A stretch of DNA of 63,022 bases, filler included, from Octopus bimaculoides (taxonomy: Eukaryota), in the NCBI RefSeq assembly GCF_001194135.2. It is 4 parts of 4 records of this genome, joined end to end, with 100 filler letters (N's around TTAATTAATTAA, not from the genome) between each part and the next. Parts side by side here need not be neighbours in the genome. Positions count along the whole stretch, not along the records: positions 25,085 to 52,407 come from NC_068995.1; 3 more parts are not named here. One strand, given 5' to 3'. The notes beneath the pieces were generated by a model, which saw nothing but the letters and a program-made list of their open reading frames with translations, searched no databases and was not told the origin of the DNA. A program made the translations under genes and the position numbers. Shown piece by piece: positions 28,107 through 41,978 of the stretch; the first letter of the stretch is position 1, and each line of letters starts with the position of its first letter.

Positions 28107-28517
28107 TAAGGATAAAATCAATTAATGATCTTATCGGTGGCCAGCATGTAATAAACACCATATAGGTAAAAATTGATATAGATATATAATTATATAGATA
28201 TAATTATAATTAAGGGTACTAAGAAACAACACCTACAATTATTGGTTTAGTAATACAATTACTTTACCGTCATCAGTAGAATATACCAAAAGTACAGAAA
28301 TGTAAATATATATCTATACTCGTACAAATACATGGGTGTATATACTAATATATTCATATATTCACACGTATATACTAGGCAAATCCGACTATTCATCTCA
28401 ACCACGTGCGTATTTGATCAAGATAATGCCACAGCAAATATCAGTATCGGAGTGAATAAATAAATAAATAAATAAATAAATATGCATATATAATTAAGGA
28501 TAAAATCAATTAATGCC
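28107..28517 (-). mobile_element. AT-rich element bounded by 22-bp direct repeats, possibly a Penelope-like pLTR remnant
   Basis: TTAAGGATAAAATCAATTAATG occurs at both ends; internal (TAAA)n; the minus strand contains CTGATGACGGTAA...TTACTAAAC. Confidence 0.4.
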
Positions 28518-28587
28518 CCCTTGTGGGCAATAAAAAAATAAGAAATAAGATAGATAGATAGATAAACTTAAATATATATTTCCATAC

Positions 28588-28952
28588 ATACATGGTTCCA
28601 GGTTTAGTCCCACTGCGTGGCACCTTGGGCAAGTGTCTTCTACAATAGCCTCGGTCCGACCAAAGACATATGAGTGGTAGACGGAAACTGAAAGAAGCCC
28701 GTCGTATATATGTATATATCTGTGTGTGTATGTGTGTGTGTTCGCGTGTCTCCGTTTGTCCCCCACCATCGCTTGACAGCCGATGTTGATCAGTTTACGT
28801 CCTTGTAACTTAGCGTTTCGGCAAAAGGTACCTATACAAAAGAGTACTGAGCTTACAAAGAATAGGTTCTAGAGTCGATTTGTTCGACTAAAAGGCGGTC
28901 CCTCCAACATGACCACAGTCAAATGAATGAAACAAATACAAGAATAAGAGAA
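28588..28952 (+). mobile_element. SINE family 1, near full length
   Basis: Colinear with the family consensus. Confidence 0.85.
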
Positions 28953-29012
28953 TTTATATACATACACGTACAAGTTATTTTCATAAGCATATTGACAGAC
29001 AGATAGATAGAC

Positions 29013-29081
<69 letters not shown>

Positions 29082-31491
29082 TAGACGCTTAACACGCACG
29101 CACATAATGCACATGTACATACAAAAACAGAAGGTAAAGAGCTGGAGTAACTTAACAGACATTATTGCCAAATATGACTCCCAAGTCAATTCGAAGACCT
29201 AGTTTTCGGCAATCTGAAGGTACTAATGAAGATTTATAGAAACAAGAGCAAAACAAGTGAAATATGTCGCTACGGGACACATAGAAAAGGCTATAGATTT
29301 ATTTAACATACGTTGTTGCCAATAACTTGGTCGCAAGTGAATTCGATGGTCTCGTCTTTGGCAATTATACACATCTAACAAATATTTATAGTAAAATCAA
29401 CAAAAACAACACAATCGTGAGTTTATGTGGCAGACATGTTTAGTAGAATTTTTTTTTTTTTGCAATTAGTTTTTTTTTTCAAATTTAATGTATGAAATAT
29501 GTTTTATTTTCTTTCATGGCATTTTTTTTTTTTTAAATATAACAGAAATGAGAATGTGAGACAAACAATGAAATTATCATTGTTCTGTTTTATTATTTTA
29601 ATACTTCAAACTATTCGGATAACTGAACTAATCTTTTGGTTGACAAAAAAAAACAAAATAAATAAACAAATATTTCCTAAAATGAACAGCCATTGCTCAT
29701 GACGACTTCCTCTAGTGAAACGTGGCGGAGATATGGCGGGGGTGTAAGAGAGAAACATGGAGGAGAAGGAGGAGAAGGAGGAGGAAGAGGAAAAAGAAAA
29801 AAAATACGTGAAGACAGCAGCCGGCGGTTTTGTAAGTGAAATCAAGCGTAGGTATATATGTTGATGAGAAAGGAACGTAAGAGAACGGAAGCGAGGCAAA
29901 GTGATAGAGGGGTGAGTTAGTGAGAGAAAGAGAGAAAGAGAGAAAGTAACTGGCGTGTGAGGGAGAGAGACAGAGAACGAGAGAGAAGTAGAGGTCGTAT
30001 GAGATGAACTGTATCTTCATTGGGGTTGAAGACCTATTGTAGGAGCACACAATATCACACTATTATTCTCTATGCACGGTTTGTTTGCCTTTGTTTCCAT
30101 TCAAAAGAAATAATAAAGCGATAATTAAACAAAAGAAAGAAAACGAAAACAAACAAAAAAACACATAAAAACAAAGACCAACAAAAAAAATGATGACTGT
30201 ATGACTTTTATTGAACAGTTCAAGCGGCTGTTTTTGAGTGTTTTATGGAAAATAAAGTGTTTAACCTTATTTTTTAAATCATTTTTGTTCTTTTTTATCT
30301 TTCATTTTTTGCTCTCATTTTTTTTTGTATTTTTTTTTTATTGGTGGGTGGATTTTTTATTTGCATTTGTTTCGTTTTCTTATTGTTTTTTTATTTTTCA
30401 ATATTTTTTGTATCTATTGTTTTTCAATTTTTTTTGGTTTTGCCTGGGTGCCGGTTACAGAAAATTGTTCCACGCTTCACTGATCGTTCAGCTATGGAAT
30501 TGTATTCCAATAATATTACACATTTCGATTCAGATCAGTTTACATTTGGCAGAATTTATAGAATATACTACAACAGAACATTACTCTTACTACAAAAAAA
30601 AAAAAAATGGCTGCCGTTGAGGAAGATTTTTTTCTGCTCCAAGCTGGGTGTCTCCAACCCCTTTCTCGCTCTTTCCTTTTTCTTGCTCTTCTTATTCAAA
30701 GCATTATTAGGTTTTTTTGTTGTTCTTTTTCGCTTTGTCTTGTAGTATTTAAAAGTAAATAAATTTTTAGGCTAGACAATTTTTTAAACTAATTTTTTAT
30801 AACGCATTTTATTTCTCCATTTCTGTCTATTCCACTGCTTGCCAAGAATTTTCAAGCTGAGGAACACTTCTGTTAGACAATAGAACATGGACAATAAACA
30901 AGGTTCTATAGGCTTTCACTTTAACCCCATTTTCTTATCTCAAGAATTAACTCCTCGGGATATTAGTTTTAATCAATTGTCATTCCCCGCTCTTACTGAC
31001 GAATGGAACGACATTCTACTCATATGGGTCTTCTGTCTACTCCCTAAAATCCTTATCGGGAGAGTTCATTTTCAATATAATAGTTTTAATGAATTTATTA
31101 TCCATGCTGAAATTGTTAAAACGTGTTTGCCCTGACCGAACAGATGTGAGTTAGCTGTGAACTTCTTGTATAAACACACGCGCGCATACGTTGAAACACG
31201 CGCATGCACAAACTCTGGTCTTTTACCTTTTATTTGTCCCGGTCAATAAAGAGTAGTAATACTGGAGCAACATGTTAACAGATTTTAGTCGAACAAAACG
31301 ATCCTAGTACTTGTTTGTTTTTTTGTAAAAGCCCCTACTTAACCTATTGGTTTATTTCACCGAATCATTAGGGTACGGTGAAGTAAACATAGAACCACCG
31401 GTTGTGTAATGAAGGAAAAAACATACACGAAGACACACACGTACACACACATACACACACAAACACACACTTACACATACATAATACACAA

Positions 31492-31533
<42 letters not shown>

Positions 31534-31543
31534 NNNNNNNNNN

Positions 31544-31583
<40 letters not shown>

Positions 31584-32586
31584 TATATATATGAAAAATA
31601 TATGTATGTATATATAAATATGATACATACAAACATATATGTGTCAGTGTGCGTGTATACATACATATATATATTTATAATTATATATATATATATATAT
31701 ATATATTCAAGAAGCATTTTCAAATATGATCGTAACTATAGTATCTACGAGCCAATGAGGATATTTTCATAACGTCGTGAGACTTTCTAAACAAAATAGG
31801 AACCACATCAACCTTCAGCTACATCCTAGAGCAGTAGATATCAACCACTTTTCACTTATTGAGTCATTTCAATCTTGTTTTAACAGATGTGGAGACTCTC
31901 AGAGCCATTCAATGTCTAAGAACTCTTTTTATGTTTTTATGATTGAAATATTATTTGGGAATTCTATTCAAAAATGTCTAAATATTTTATGCATTGTAGA
32001 AGTATAACCAGTTTACTGCACATAGATTTTAACAACAAAATCGTATATGAACGCCCAAGGGTTATCTGGACCCCGGGTTGAGAACCACTGCCCAAAAACA
32101 CACACACATATGTATGTTTGTATGTATGTGACTTTTATCTTTAATCTTTTACTGGTTCCAATCATTGGACTGCGGCCATGCTGGGCTAGACTTTGAAGTG
32201 TTTAGTGGAACAAATCCATCCCAGTATTAATTTATTAGGTACGGTGCTTATTTTGTCGCCTTATGTTTCCGACAAGTTAAGTTACAGAGGCAGAAACAAA
32301 GGAGCACCAATTTTAATAGCTTCGAATAAGTTATAAAATATTGGGCAAGATCTCAACTCTGAACACATCCTTCTCTTAGCAGAAACAGCTGTAAGTTAAT
32401 GGAATATATTCCGTAATAAAGTATATTCTGTATTGAAGTATATTCCATATATTTTGTTAGTATTTCAGTGATATCATAATTTGTGCTCTCCTGACGTCTT
32501 AATCTAACGAATAAATATATTGACACTAGCAACCGTTTTTTTAGTTTTGCTATGCCTAAGCGACATCAATATATATGCGTGTGTGT

Positions 32587-32646
<60 letters not shown>

Positions 32647-33670
32647 GCACACAGGCAGATAGAGATTTAGATAAAAAATACATATATATTGTCAAATATA
32701 TACAAATATTTGCCTCCATGTACATATATGTATAAATAGGTATAAATATATATATACATATATATATGTGTGTGGGTGTGTGAGAGGGCCTGAGAGCGTG
32801 TATGTGTGTGTATACATACATTCATAAGTACATTATATATTTATATAGGTGTCTGTATGTGCGTGTGTTTCCGTTATATAAATAAGGAAACCCACAAATT
32901 AATGTAAAGTACTCAATACAAAGAGTGAAAGTATGTATAAAGATAACTCTTACAAGACTAGTCCTGTTTGCTTCACATTCAATATCGGAGTAAAATAATG
33001 ATTAGATCGCCTTTCGATAACAAAGCGCGTATGATGTTGGTCTCTAAAATCGCTGGTCAAAGAGCATTGAATGACCCTAGCGTGAAGACGATGGCGGTAA
33101 AAACAAGAAATGGACATAGAAAGGCACTATACAGGGAACAATTGGTATTAATGTAGAGAAAGAAAGAGAGAGAGAGAGTGGTGCGTGGAAGAGAGATGGG
33201 CGAAAAAGGACATTACTGTCTGGGACAAAATAAATAGAGGCAATGTCAATGTCATTGAAACAGGTCGCCAAAATTCAATGACCTTGGCAGGTCAACTTAT
33301 CTGTCACGTGCCAAACAATACTATCTTCTTTCTTGCTGTCTTTCTTTGTCCCTCACTCTTTCTCTCCTTCCGTCTGCGACTGTCTTTTCATACGCGTCAA
33401 CCCTAATACATGTTTTTTAAGACTCGCATTATCTTTGCCTACACCCTCCCATTTTCATTCAAATCCTATTTGCCAATGAAAGGAGAGACCCCCGGGCGCA
33501 AACCACATTCCCTTGTCTATGCACAGGCCCTCCCATACAACAAATATATCTTACCCCCAAGTTTTCATACACTAATGTATTAATGTATTAATTCTAAAAT
33601 GAGGGAAGCCGGAATAGTTTTTACCAGATATGACCCCTTGTGTGGGGGAGGCTTGTGTGTGAGTGTGTAT

Positions 33671-33702
<32 letters not shown>

Positions 33703-33879
33703 ATGCGTGGCGTGTGTGTGTGCGTGTGTACGTATGTGTCCAGCTCTGTGTGCGTGTGCATGGGTATGTGTTCCTGTGTGTATACGTGTGTACGTTTGTG
33801 TCTAGCAGCGTGAGTGTGTATGTGTATTTGTATATGTCTCTGTATGTAGACAGAGCGACCGATGGATAATGTTTACATG

Positions 33880-33935
33880 CATGGATATATAGACGGATGG
33901 ATGGATGGATGGATGGATGGATGGATGGATGGACG

Positions 33936-33974
<39 letters not shown>

Positions 33975-34297
33975 GGATGGATGGATGGATGGATGGATGG
34001 ATGGATGGATGGATGGACAGACAGACAGACAGACAGACGGACGGACGGACGGACGGACGGACGGACAGACGAATGGACGCAGGGGTGGATGGATGAATGG
34101 GTGGGTGAACGCATATATATGTATGTATGCGTGTGAATGGATATTTGCATATATATATGTATGTATGCGTATGTTCGGATATATGTATATATGTGTTTGT
34201 GTATTTGGACAGAGAGACCGATGGATAATGTACACATGTACGTATGTATGGATGGATGAATGGTTGGATAGATAGGTAAATAGACAGACAGTCAGAG

Positions 34298-34360
<63 letters not shown>

Positions 34361-34370
34361 CACAGACAAG
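33880..34370. repeat. Compound (GATG)/(GATA)/(GACA)/(GACG) tetranucleotide arrays
   Basis: Directly visible. Confidence 0.92.
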
Positions 34371-35019
34371 GCTTGTGCTAATTAAATATGTGATGGGAAA
34401 ATGAAGAAATGAAACTGCATATAAAACCACACGTACAAGCGAAAGAAATAGGATGACATTCGTAAGTAATATATTACGTTAAAGAAAATCATTAGCCATA
34501 TTTGTATATAACAGGACATATATCACAGAACGATTAAGAGAGGCTTGTAAGGAAAGACAAGCGAAGAATGAACATTGAATATTTTAAAATTTCGTAATAT
34601 ATTGAAGGTGAATAAAAATCTATGTAGAGGGTTGCACGCGGCTATGAGAAATTAGTAATAAATAATTATTACAGTGTGGAATTTGGAAATACTCTGAAAC
34701 GTATACGTTAATTTTATTGAGTTTTTAATACAGAAAAATATATAATTAAGTAAGAATGTGGGTGGGGAGTTCTTGTAATTTTCTCTGGAAAATGAATGTG
34801 CGTTTGTGTCTGCATAATGAAATAAGCTCAGACTTTCTTTTGAGGTTATTTTCATTCTGCAATAAGAAAGCGTGTTTTTCAGTGCTTCATGACTTGCAAA
34901 ATGTAAGATATATCGTTCTTGGTGTTTCTGTATTAAAGAATGTTCCTAATTCGGTTATGCCTAAAGTTCTAAATCTATTTCCGCATGTAATTCATGTTTA
35001 TATATATATATATATATAT

Positions 35020-35240
35020 TTTATCTTTTATCTTTTACTTGGTTCAGTCATTTGACTGCGACCATGCTGGGGCATCACCTTGAAGGGTTTTAGTCGAAAT
35101 AATCGACCCCAGAACTAATCTTTTTAAGCCTAGTACTTATGCTATCGGCCTCTATTGCTGAACTTCTAATTTACTGGGACGTAAAGATACCAACACCGGT
35201 TGTCAAGTTGTCAAGCGGTAGTGAGGGACACAGACATAGA
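35020..35240 (-). mobile_element. SINE family 1, 3' half
   Basis: TTCAGTCATTTGACTGCGACCATGCTGGGGCA...GCCTAGTACTTAT...GGTTGTCAAG. Confidence 0.8.
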
Positions 35241-35349
35241 CCCACACACATGCACACACACACACACAAGGCACAACACAATCACACGCACACCCAAGCT
35301 CTCTCTCACACACGCACGCACTATATATTAACAAGCATTATGTACATAC

Positions 35350-35412
<63 letters not shown>

Positions 35413-35473
35413 TATCACCGATGATTTTACATTTTGATGCTTAACGCATCTTAACGATCGCATCTTATTCTCA

Positions 35474-35515
<42 letters not shown>

Positions 35516-37249
35516 AATGATAGTGGAACGATTTGAACTCAGAACTCAAAAATAGGAAAAAATATAACTATTTGACTAAATGTCACTAATCATGGCGTCA
35601 CCCGACAGTTTGTGATGCATTACACAGCCACCGCTCACTCTACTATACCAATTCACATAATGAAATTATATTGATACATAAGTAAACGATATTTCATTAA
35701 ATACATTCTTATATTTGTATGCCTCTATATGTATATATATATATGTGTGTATGTGTGTGTGTAAGAAGAAAATTCGTTATTATGTGTATATATAAAGAAG
35801 AAAAACAGACTCCAAACATGTGAAAAAGAATAATCTTGAATTTCTGAAAGCATTCAACCGTGTAGTGACCCAAAATGTTTCCCAATTCTCATCAATCTTC
35901 TTCATTTGAAAAACCAGTCTTCTGATTAATATATTAAATATTTGGGTAATTTATTCCATCAATTCCTACTCAATCAATCATCACGAAGCAGCGTTACTGA
36001 ATTCAGTCTTTTGAGCTTTCGTTATTTATTTGTGTAATTTTTTTATTTGTATAGTTTATGTATTTGCTTGGTATATTCATGTGCTTCATTACTATTAGTA
36101 TTATTAATAGCTGTAGTTATTTGTAATTATTTGTTAAATAACAAACTAAATTATTTTGATACTTAGACACACACACACAGACACTTGTTACACACATATT
36201 GCTACATCGACATACATAAATTTATATATATACATATATATATCTGTGTATATACATACATATATATATATGCATATATATATATATANNNNNNNNNNNN
36301 NNNNNNNNNNNNNNNNNNNNNNNNNNNNNNNNNNNNNNNNNNNNNNNNNNNNNNNNNNNNNNNNNNNNNNNNNNNNNNNNNNNNNNNNNNNNNNNNNNNN
36401 NNNNNNNNNNNNNNNNNNNNNNNNNNNNNNNNNNNNNNNNNNNNNNNNNNNNNNNNNNNNNNNNNNNNNNNNNNNNNNNNNNNNNNNNNNNNNNNNNNNN
36501 NNNNNNNNNNNNNNNNNNNNNNNNNNNNNNNNNNNNNNNNNNNNNNNNNNNNNNNNNNNNNNNNNNNNNNNNNNNNNNNNNNNNNNNNNNNNNNNNNNNN
36601 NNNNNNNNNNNNNNNNNNNNNNNNNNNATATATATATATATATACTCAAATGAATAATAACAGACGATGGATAATTGTCAGCTCATTACAGCTGCTACAT
36701 ATGCATTTTTCAATAGATTGAGGAACGTTACAAAAAGCCGTAATCATCGAATGTGTGCCGTCTTTCTCCTTGACCTCAACCCTTAAGAGGGACGCCACCA
36801 TGAAATGCGTGGTGTCTTGAGGAGTTTGAAGTTAGTGAAACCCGTTTCTCTCCAAGTTTAAAAGTAGGGTGTGGAGGGGGATGAGAGAAAGGGGATAGGT
36901 TCAGGGAAAGAAAGAGAGCGATAAAGAAATTACTTTCCGCAATCCAAAATGCAAAGATTTCTTCGACATGCTTTGAACTGAAATCGCAGGCAGTTACAAC
37001 GAATACAAGCCAAGAAAATAGTCCCTAAATAAAAGCTTGACCTGTTAAAATTAGCAAAAAAATCACTCGATCGTTCTAGAATTCCCAGAATAAATGCATA
37101 AACATCTGAAAGGCTTTCCCACTATTCATTGTTAAAAGTAAAGAAGCTAGAAAAGATCGATTGTATTTCTGTTTGTCATTACAAATGACTGATGCTCTCC
37201 CTTCTCTGTCTCTATCGCTTCATTCCTCTTCTCTGCGGTTAAGAGAGTT

Positions 37250-37990
37250 TAAGGTTCGTGGCTCAGTGGTTAGGGGTATTCGGCCCACGATCGTACACAC
37301 ACACACACTGAACGAGATGTCAGTCCGTCGCACATTACAAGGTTACTCGTTTACTGCTTAAGCGGATAGGAACAACGTGAAACGAAATGTTTTGCGGAGG
37401 AACGCAACGTACCACTCAGTCCTGGAATCGAAACCAAATCATGCAATACCTTCACCTCTAATATCGAGTAAGTTTGATATCGTTCGAAAAGAATCTGATA
37501 AGGCTCCTTGCCGTGACATATAAGCCCATAGGAGCGGTTTCCCAGTTTCTCTGTAATGGAGGTGCGTGGCTCAGTGGTTAGGGTGTTGGACTCATTATCG
37601 TAAGTTTGTGGTTTCGATTCTTGGGTCGGGCGACGTGTTGTGTTCTTGAGCAAGACACTTCATTCCACGTTGCTCCAGTCTACTCAGCTGGCAAAAATGA
37701 GTAATCCTGCGACAGACTAGCTTCCCGTCCGGGCGGGGAATATGTACGCCATGGATACCAGGAAACCGGCCCTAATGAGTCGGTATGGTTCAAGAAGATA
37801 ACTATCTTTCTGCCGGATATAACTCACCCCTGGACGGGACGCCGGTATTTCGCAGGGTTACTCATTTTTGCCAGCTGAGTAGAGTGGAGCAACGTGAAAT
37901 AAAGTGCTGTCCTCAAGAACGCAATGCATCGTCCAGTCCAGGAATGGAAACTACAATCTTACAATCACGAGTGCAACACTTAACCCCGCC
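37250..37990. mobile_element. Cluster of about five SINE family 2 pieces in alternating orientation
   Basis: Plus head at 37250; minus pieces at 37335-37555; plus full copy at 37556-37790 (GGCTCAGTGG A box, GTTTCGATTC B box); minus copy at 37810-37990. Confidence 0.8.
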
Positions 37991-39127
37991 CCTATGCTTA
38001 ATATAATTCTCTCCAACAAAAATTGGTACGACGCTCACTCAAAGTGTATGACTTTGCTGTGATTTATTTCAGTGACAGATGTTTTGAGAGCTCAAAATCC
38101 CTCGACTATAATTGGTTATTGTATTATTTTAATAACCGGGCATTAAGAGCTCAAATCAGACGGGTAAACTTTACTATTATATTTGTAGGGTGGATAAACT
38201 AAACAGCAGTCTGAGGATATTTTTGCTCATGAATTGTTTATTTTTTAATCTATATTCAAAGACTTGCAGAGCAACAGTAAAAGGAATTAGCCGCCTAAAT
38301 GAAGCGTAATTTGGAATAAGACGTTGGAGTGATGGAGTATTCCGATTAAATTGGAACTAATATTTGACCGATATATATTTAATCGGGTTCGAAAATATAA
38401 AAGGATTAATCGACTGTTTTGAACACGGAAATCTGGATTTGAACACGGAAATCTGCTTGTAGAGTGTTTACACATTGCTTTGCTTAGTTCGACATTTGAA
38501 CTTTCCAACTAGTTTCCTTCTGTTTGCTTTTCGTTAAGGCAGTAACTCTATATCTCTTCTCTCAGTTTCTTATCTTGTTTGTTCCTATGCACGCAGATAC
38601 TTGGTTCATCTTGCTCCTCTGATTTCTTACTCAAGCTATCATCCTCTCCTATCTCTCTCCCACCTCTCTCTCTCTCTCGCTCCCTCTCTCACCGCTCTCT
38701 CTCTCCTATCTCCACTTCATTACTTCAACTCCATTTCTTGCCTCATTTTACTTGCCCACATACTAATGCCGTGTAACTAGGACATGAAGGTGCCTTTTTT
38801 TATTATAATTGTGTCCCTCACTGACTATACGTATCACCGTGTAGAAAAGACACCAAGTTATTATAAATAAGATAATTGTTTTCCTTACAGAGATGCTGTG
38901 TAGATAGGACACCAAAATACTATTAGTAAGATAACTGTGCCTTATTGTCAGGACATCAGCTTAGACGTTTGTTACAATTAGAATTAGAATGACTAGACTT
39001 AGAATGACTACAGCATCGATTCTTTCTCTTCAAGGCGGCACACGGAATGGCTGCGATCCAACGACTGAAGCAATTAAAAAAATATAAAATATAAGAATGC
39101 ATATATACCTACATATATATGCATTCA

Positions 39128-39175
<48 letters not shown>

Positions 39176-40013
39176 NNNNNNNNNNNNNNNNNNNNNNNNN
39201 NNNNNNNNNNNNNNNNNNNNNNNNNNNNNNNNNNNNNNNNNNNNNNNNNNNNNNNNNNNNNNNNNNNNNNNNNNNNNNNNNNNNNNNNNNNNNNNNNNNN
39301 NNNNNNNNNNNNNNNNNNNNNNNNNNNNNNNNNNNNNNNNNNNNNNNNNNNNNNNNNNNNNNNNNNNNNNNNNNNNNNNNNNNNNNNNNNNNNNNNNNNN
39401 NNNNNNNNNNNNNNNNNNNNNNNNNNNNNNNNNNNNNNNNNNNNNNNNNNNNNNNNNNNNNNNNNNNNNNNNNNNNNNNNNNNNNNNNNNNNNNNNNNNN
39501 NNNNNNNNNNNNNNNNNNNNNNNNNNNNNNNNNNNNNNNNNNNNNNNNNNNNNNNNNNNNNNNNNNNNNNNNNNNNNNNNNNNNNNNNNNNNNNNNNNNN
39601 NNNNNNNNNNNNNNNNNNNNNNNNNNNNNNNNNNNNNNNNNNNNNNNNNNNNNNNNNNNNNNNNNNNNNNNNNNNNNNNNNNNNNNNNNNNNNNNNNNNN
39701 NNNNNNNNNNNNNNNNNNNNNNNNNNNNNNNNNNNNNNNNNNNNNNNNNNNNNNNNNNNNNNNNNNNNNNNNNNNNNNNNNNNNNNNNNNNNNNNNNNNN
39801 NNNNNNNNNNNNNNNNNNNNNNNNNNNNNNNNNNNNNNNNNNNNNNNNNNNNNNNNNNNNNNNNNNNNNNNNNNNNNNNNNNNNNNNNNNNNNNNNNNNN
39901 NNNNNNNNNNNNNNNNNNNNNNNNNNNNNNNNNNNNNNNNNNNNNNNNNNNNNNNNNNNNNNNNNNNNNNNNNNNNNNNNNNNNNNNNNNNNNNNNNNNN
40001 NNNNNNNNNNNNN

Positions 40014-40056
<43 letters not shown>

Positions 40057-40615
40057 TAGATACATGCATACATACATACACATGCATACATACACACGTA
40101 TATACATAAATACATGCATTCTTGCATACATACATACATACATACATACATACATACATACATACATGAATATATGGATACATGCATTCATACATACATA
40201 CATATATATTTACATACATAAGCCACTCATAACGCAATAGAAAGATCGCTACCAGCACAGCTATCGTAATTTCGTTCAGCCATTATTTTATGTAAATAAC
40301 ATTATCAGAAATGATATAAATTTCTACAATATATCTTCGAATATAATAGTGCACTTTACTATTCGTATCTCTGTGATGATGACCTCAAACCTGCGCATGT
40401 TTTCTCACTGTGGCTAAGATACATAATACTTGATAGCTACTGCTTCTGAATTTACCACACCTTCCGCGATAAGCAGGCTGCAATCAGTTGAATAGAGACG
40501 TAAAAAATTATTTGTAATTTATGTGTAATAATATATGTCTACAAATTTCTTTCATTTATAGTGGAATTCTTGACAATATTTCTAAGCATGTGTTTACTCG
40601 TTTTTCCATGAACAA

Positions 40616-40677
<62 letters not shown>

Positions 40678-41068
40678 NNNNNNNNNNNNNNNNNNNNNNN
40701 NNNNNNNNNNNNNNNNNNNNNNNNNNNNNNNNNNNNNNNNNNNNNNNNNNNNNNNNNNNNNNNNNNNNNNNNNNNNNNNNNNNNNNNNNNNNNNNNNNNN
40801 NNNNNNNNNNNNNNNNNNNNNNNNNNNNNNNNNNNNNNNNNNNNNNNNNNNNNNNNNNNNNNNNNNNNNNNNNNNNNNNNNNNNNNNNNNNNNNNNNNNN
40901 NNNNNNNNNNNNNNNNNNNNNNNNNNNNNNNNNNNNNNNNNNNNNNNNNNNNNNNNNNNNNNNNNNNNNNNNNNNNNNNNNNNNNNNNNNNNNNNNNNNN
41001 NNNNNNNNNNNNNNNNNNNNNNNNNNNNNNNNNNNNNNNNNNNNNNNNNNNNNNNNNNNNNNNNNNNN

Positions 41069-41099
<31 letters not shown>

Positions 41100-41104
<5 letters not shown>

Positions 41105-41298
41105 TGTCTGAATCCTTGTCCGGTACCGGATTGATTCCAAAATCTAATCAGTTCATGCTAGTCATGAGGCCAAACGTCCCTGAAAGTTTCGTCCGAATCT
41201 CTCTAGCGATTCTTGAGATATCGTATCCGCGGACAAACAAACAATCAAACAAACAAGACTGAAAAACAATACCTCTGCCTTCGCTAACACGGAGATAA
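41100..41298 (-). mobile_element. HINE/DINE-1-like non-autonomous Helentron-type element end
   Basis: Terminal hairpin ATACCTCTGCCTTCGCTAACACGGAGATA next to a (CAAA)n microsatellite and a conserved core (CTAATCAGTTCATGCTAGTCATGAGGCCAAAC..CCCTGAAAGTTTC), in a T-rich context. Family call by architecture and recall. Confidence 0.6.
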
Positions 41299-41799
41299 TA
41301 ATAACAAAAGGATGAGATCTCTAGAGTGGATGGTAAAAAGAAGAGTTATGAGGAGAACGAGAAGTATTATATATAACAACGGAACACATACTAAACGACA
41401 CAGATGTTAGTTAGCAGAGAATGACATGCAACTATGAGACGAAAATATGACATATTCATACAAAGAAAAGCCAATAAGAAAGATGGTATTTTGTAAAGAA
41501 AATATGGAAGAACACATTTTTAAAAATATTATTATTTTTTTCTTTTTAAGTAGAGGTCAGAAGCTGGAACTATCATAAATTAAAATTCTCAGGTAAACCA
41601 GGAACTGGATAAAAGAGCAACTGACCACGAGAGCAATCAATGCAAAAGGTATGGGGGTATAGAAAAGCAGGAAAGTCATTTGTGCCTTGTGAGAGGGAAC
41701 AGAAGGGTAGGATACTAATCGTTTGAAAGGAAGACAAGAAGAAAGAGAGAGAAAGAACTCTGGGGAAAATACGAGTAAATGTGTAGATAAAGATAGGAC

Positions 41800-41978
41800 T
41801 GTAGATGCTGGTGTTTACGTCCCCGTAACTTAGCGGTTCGGCAAAACAGACCGATAGAATAAGTACTAGGCTTACAAAGAATAGGTGGTGGGGTCTATTT
41901 GCTCGACTAAAGGCGGTGCTCCAGCATGGCCGCAGTCAAATGACTGAAACAAGTAAAAGAGTAAAGAGTAAAAGAGTA
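41800..41978 (+). mobile_element. SINE family 1, 3' half, CpG intact
   Basis: GTCCCCGTAACTTAGCGGTTCGGC...GGCGGTGCTCCAGCATGGCCGCAGTCAAATGACTGAAACAAGTAAAAGAG. Confidence 0.9.

Noticed and set aside
38418-38455. 18-bp tandem duplication TTTGAACACGGAAATCTG
   Set aside because: Isolated slippage-type duplication with no further structure.
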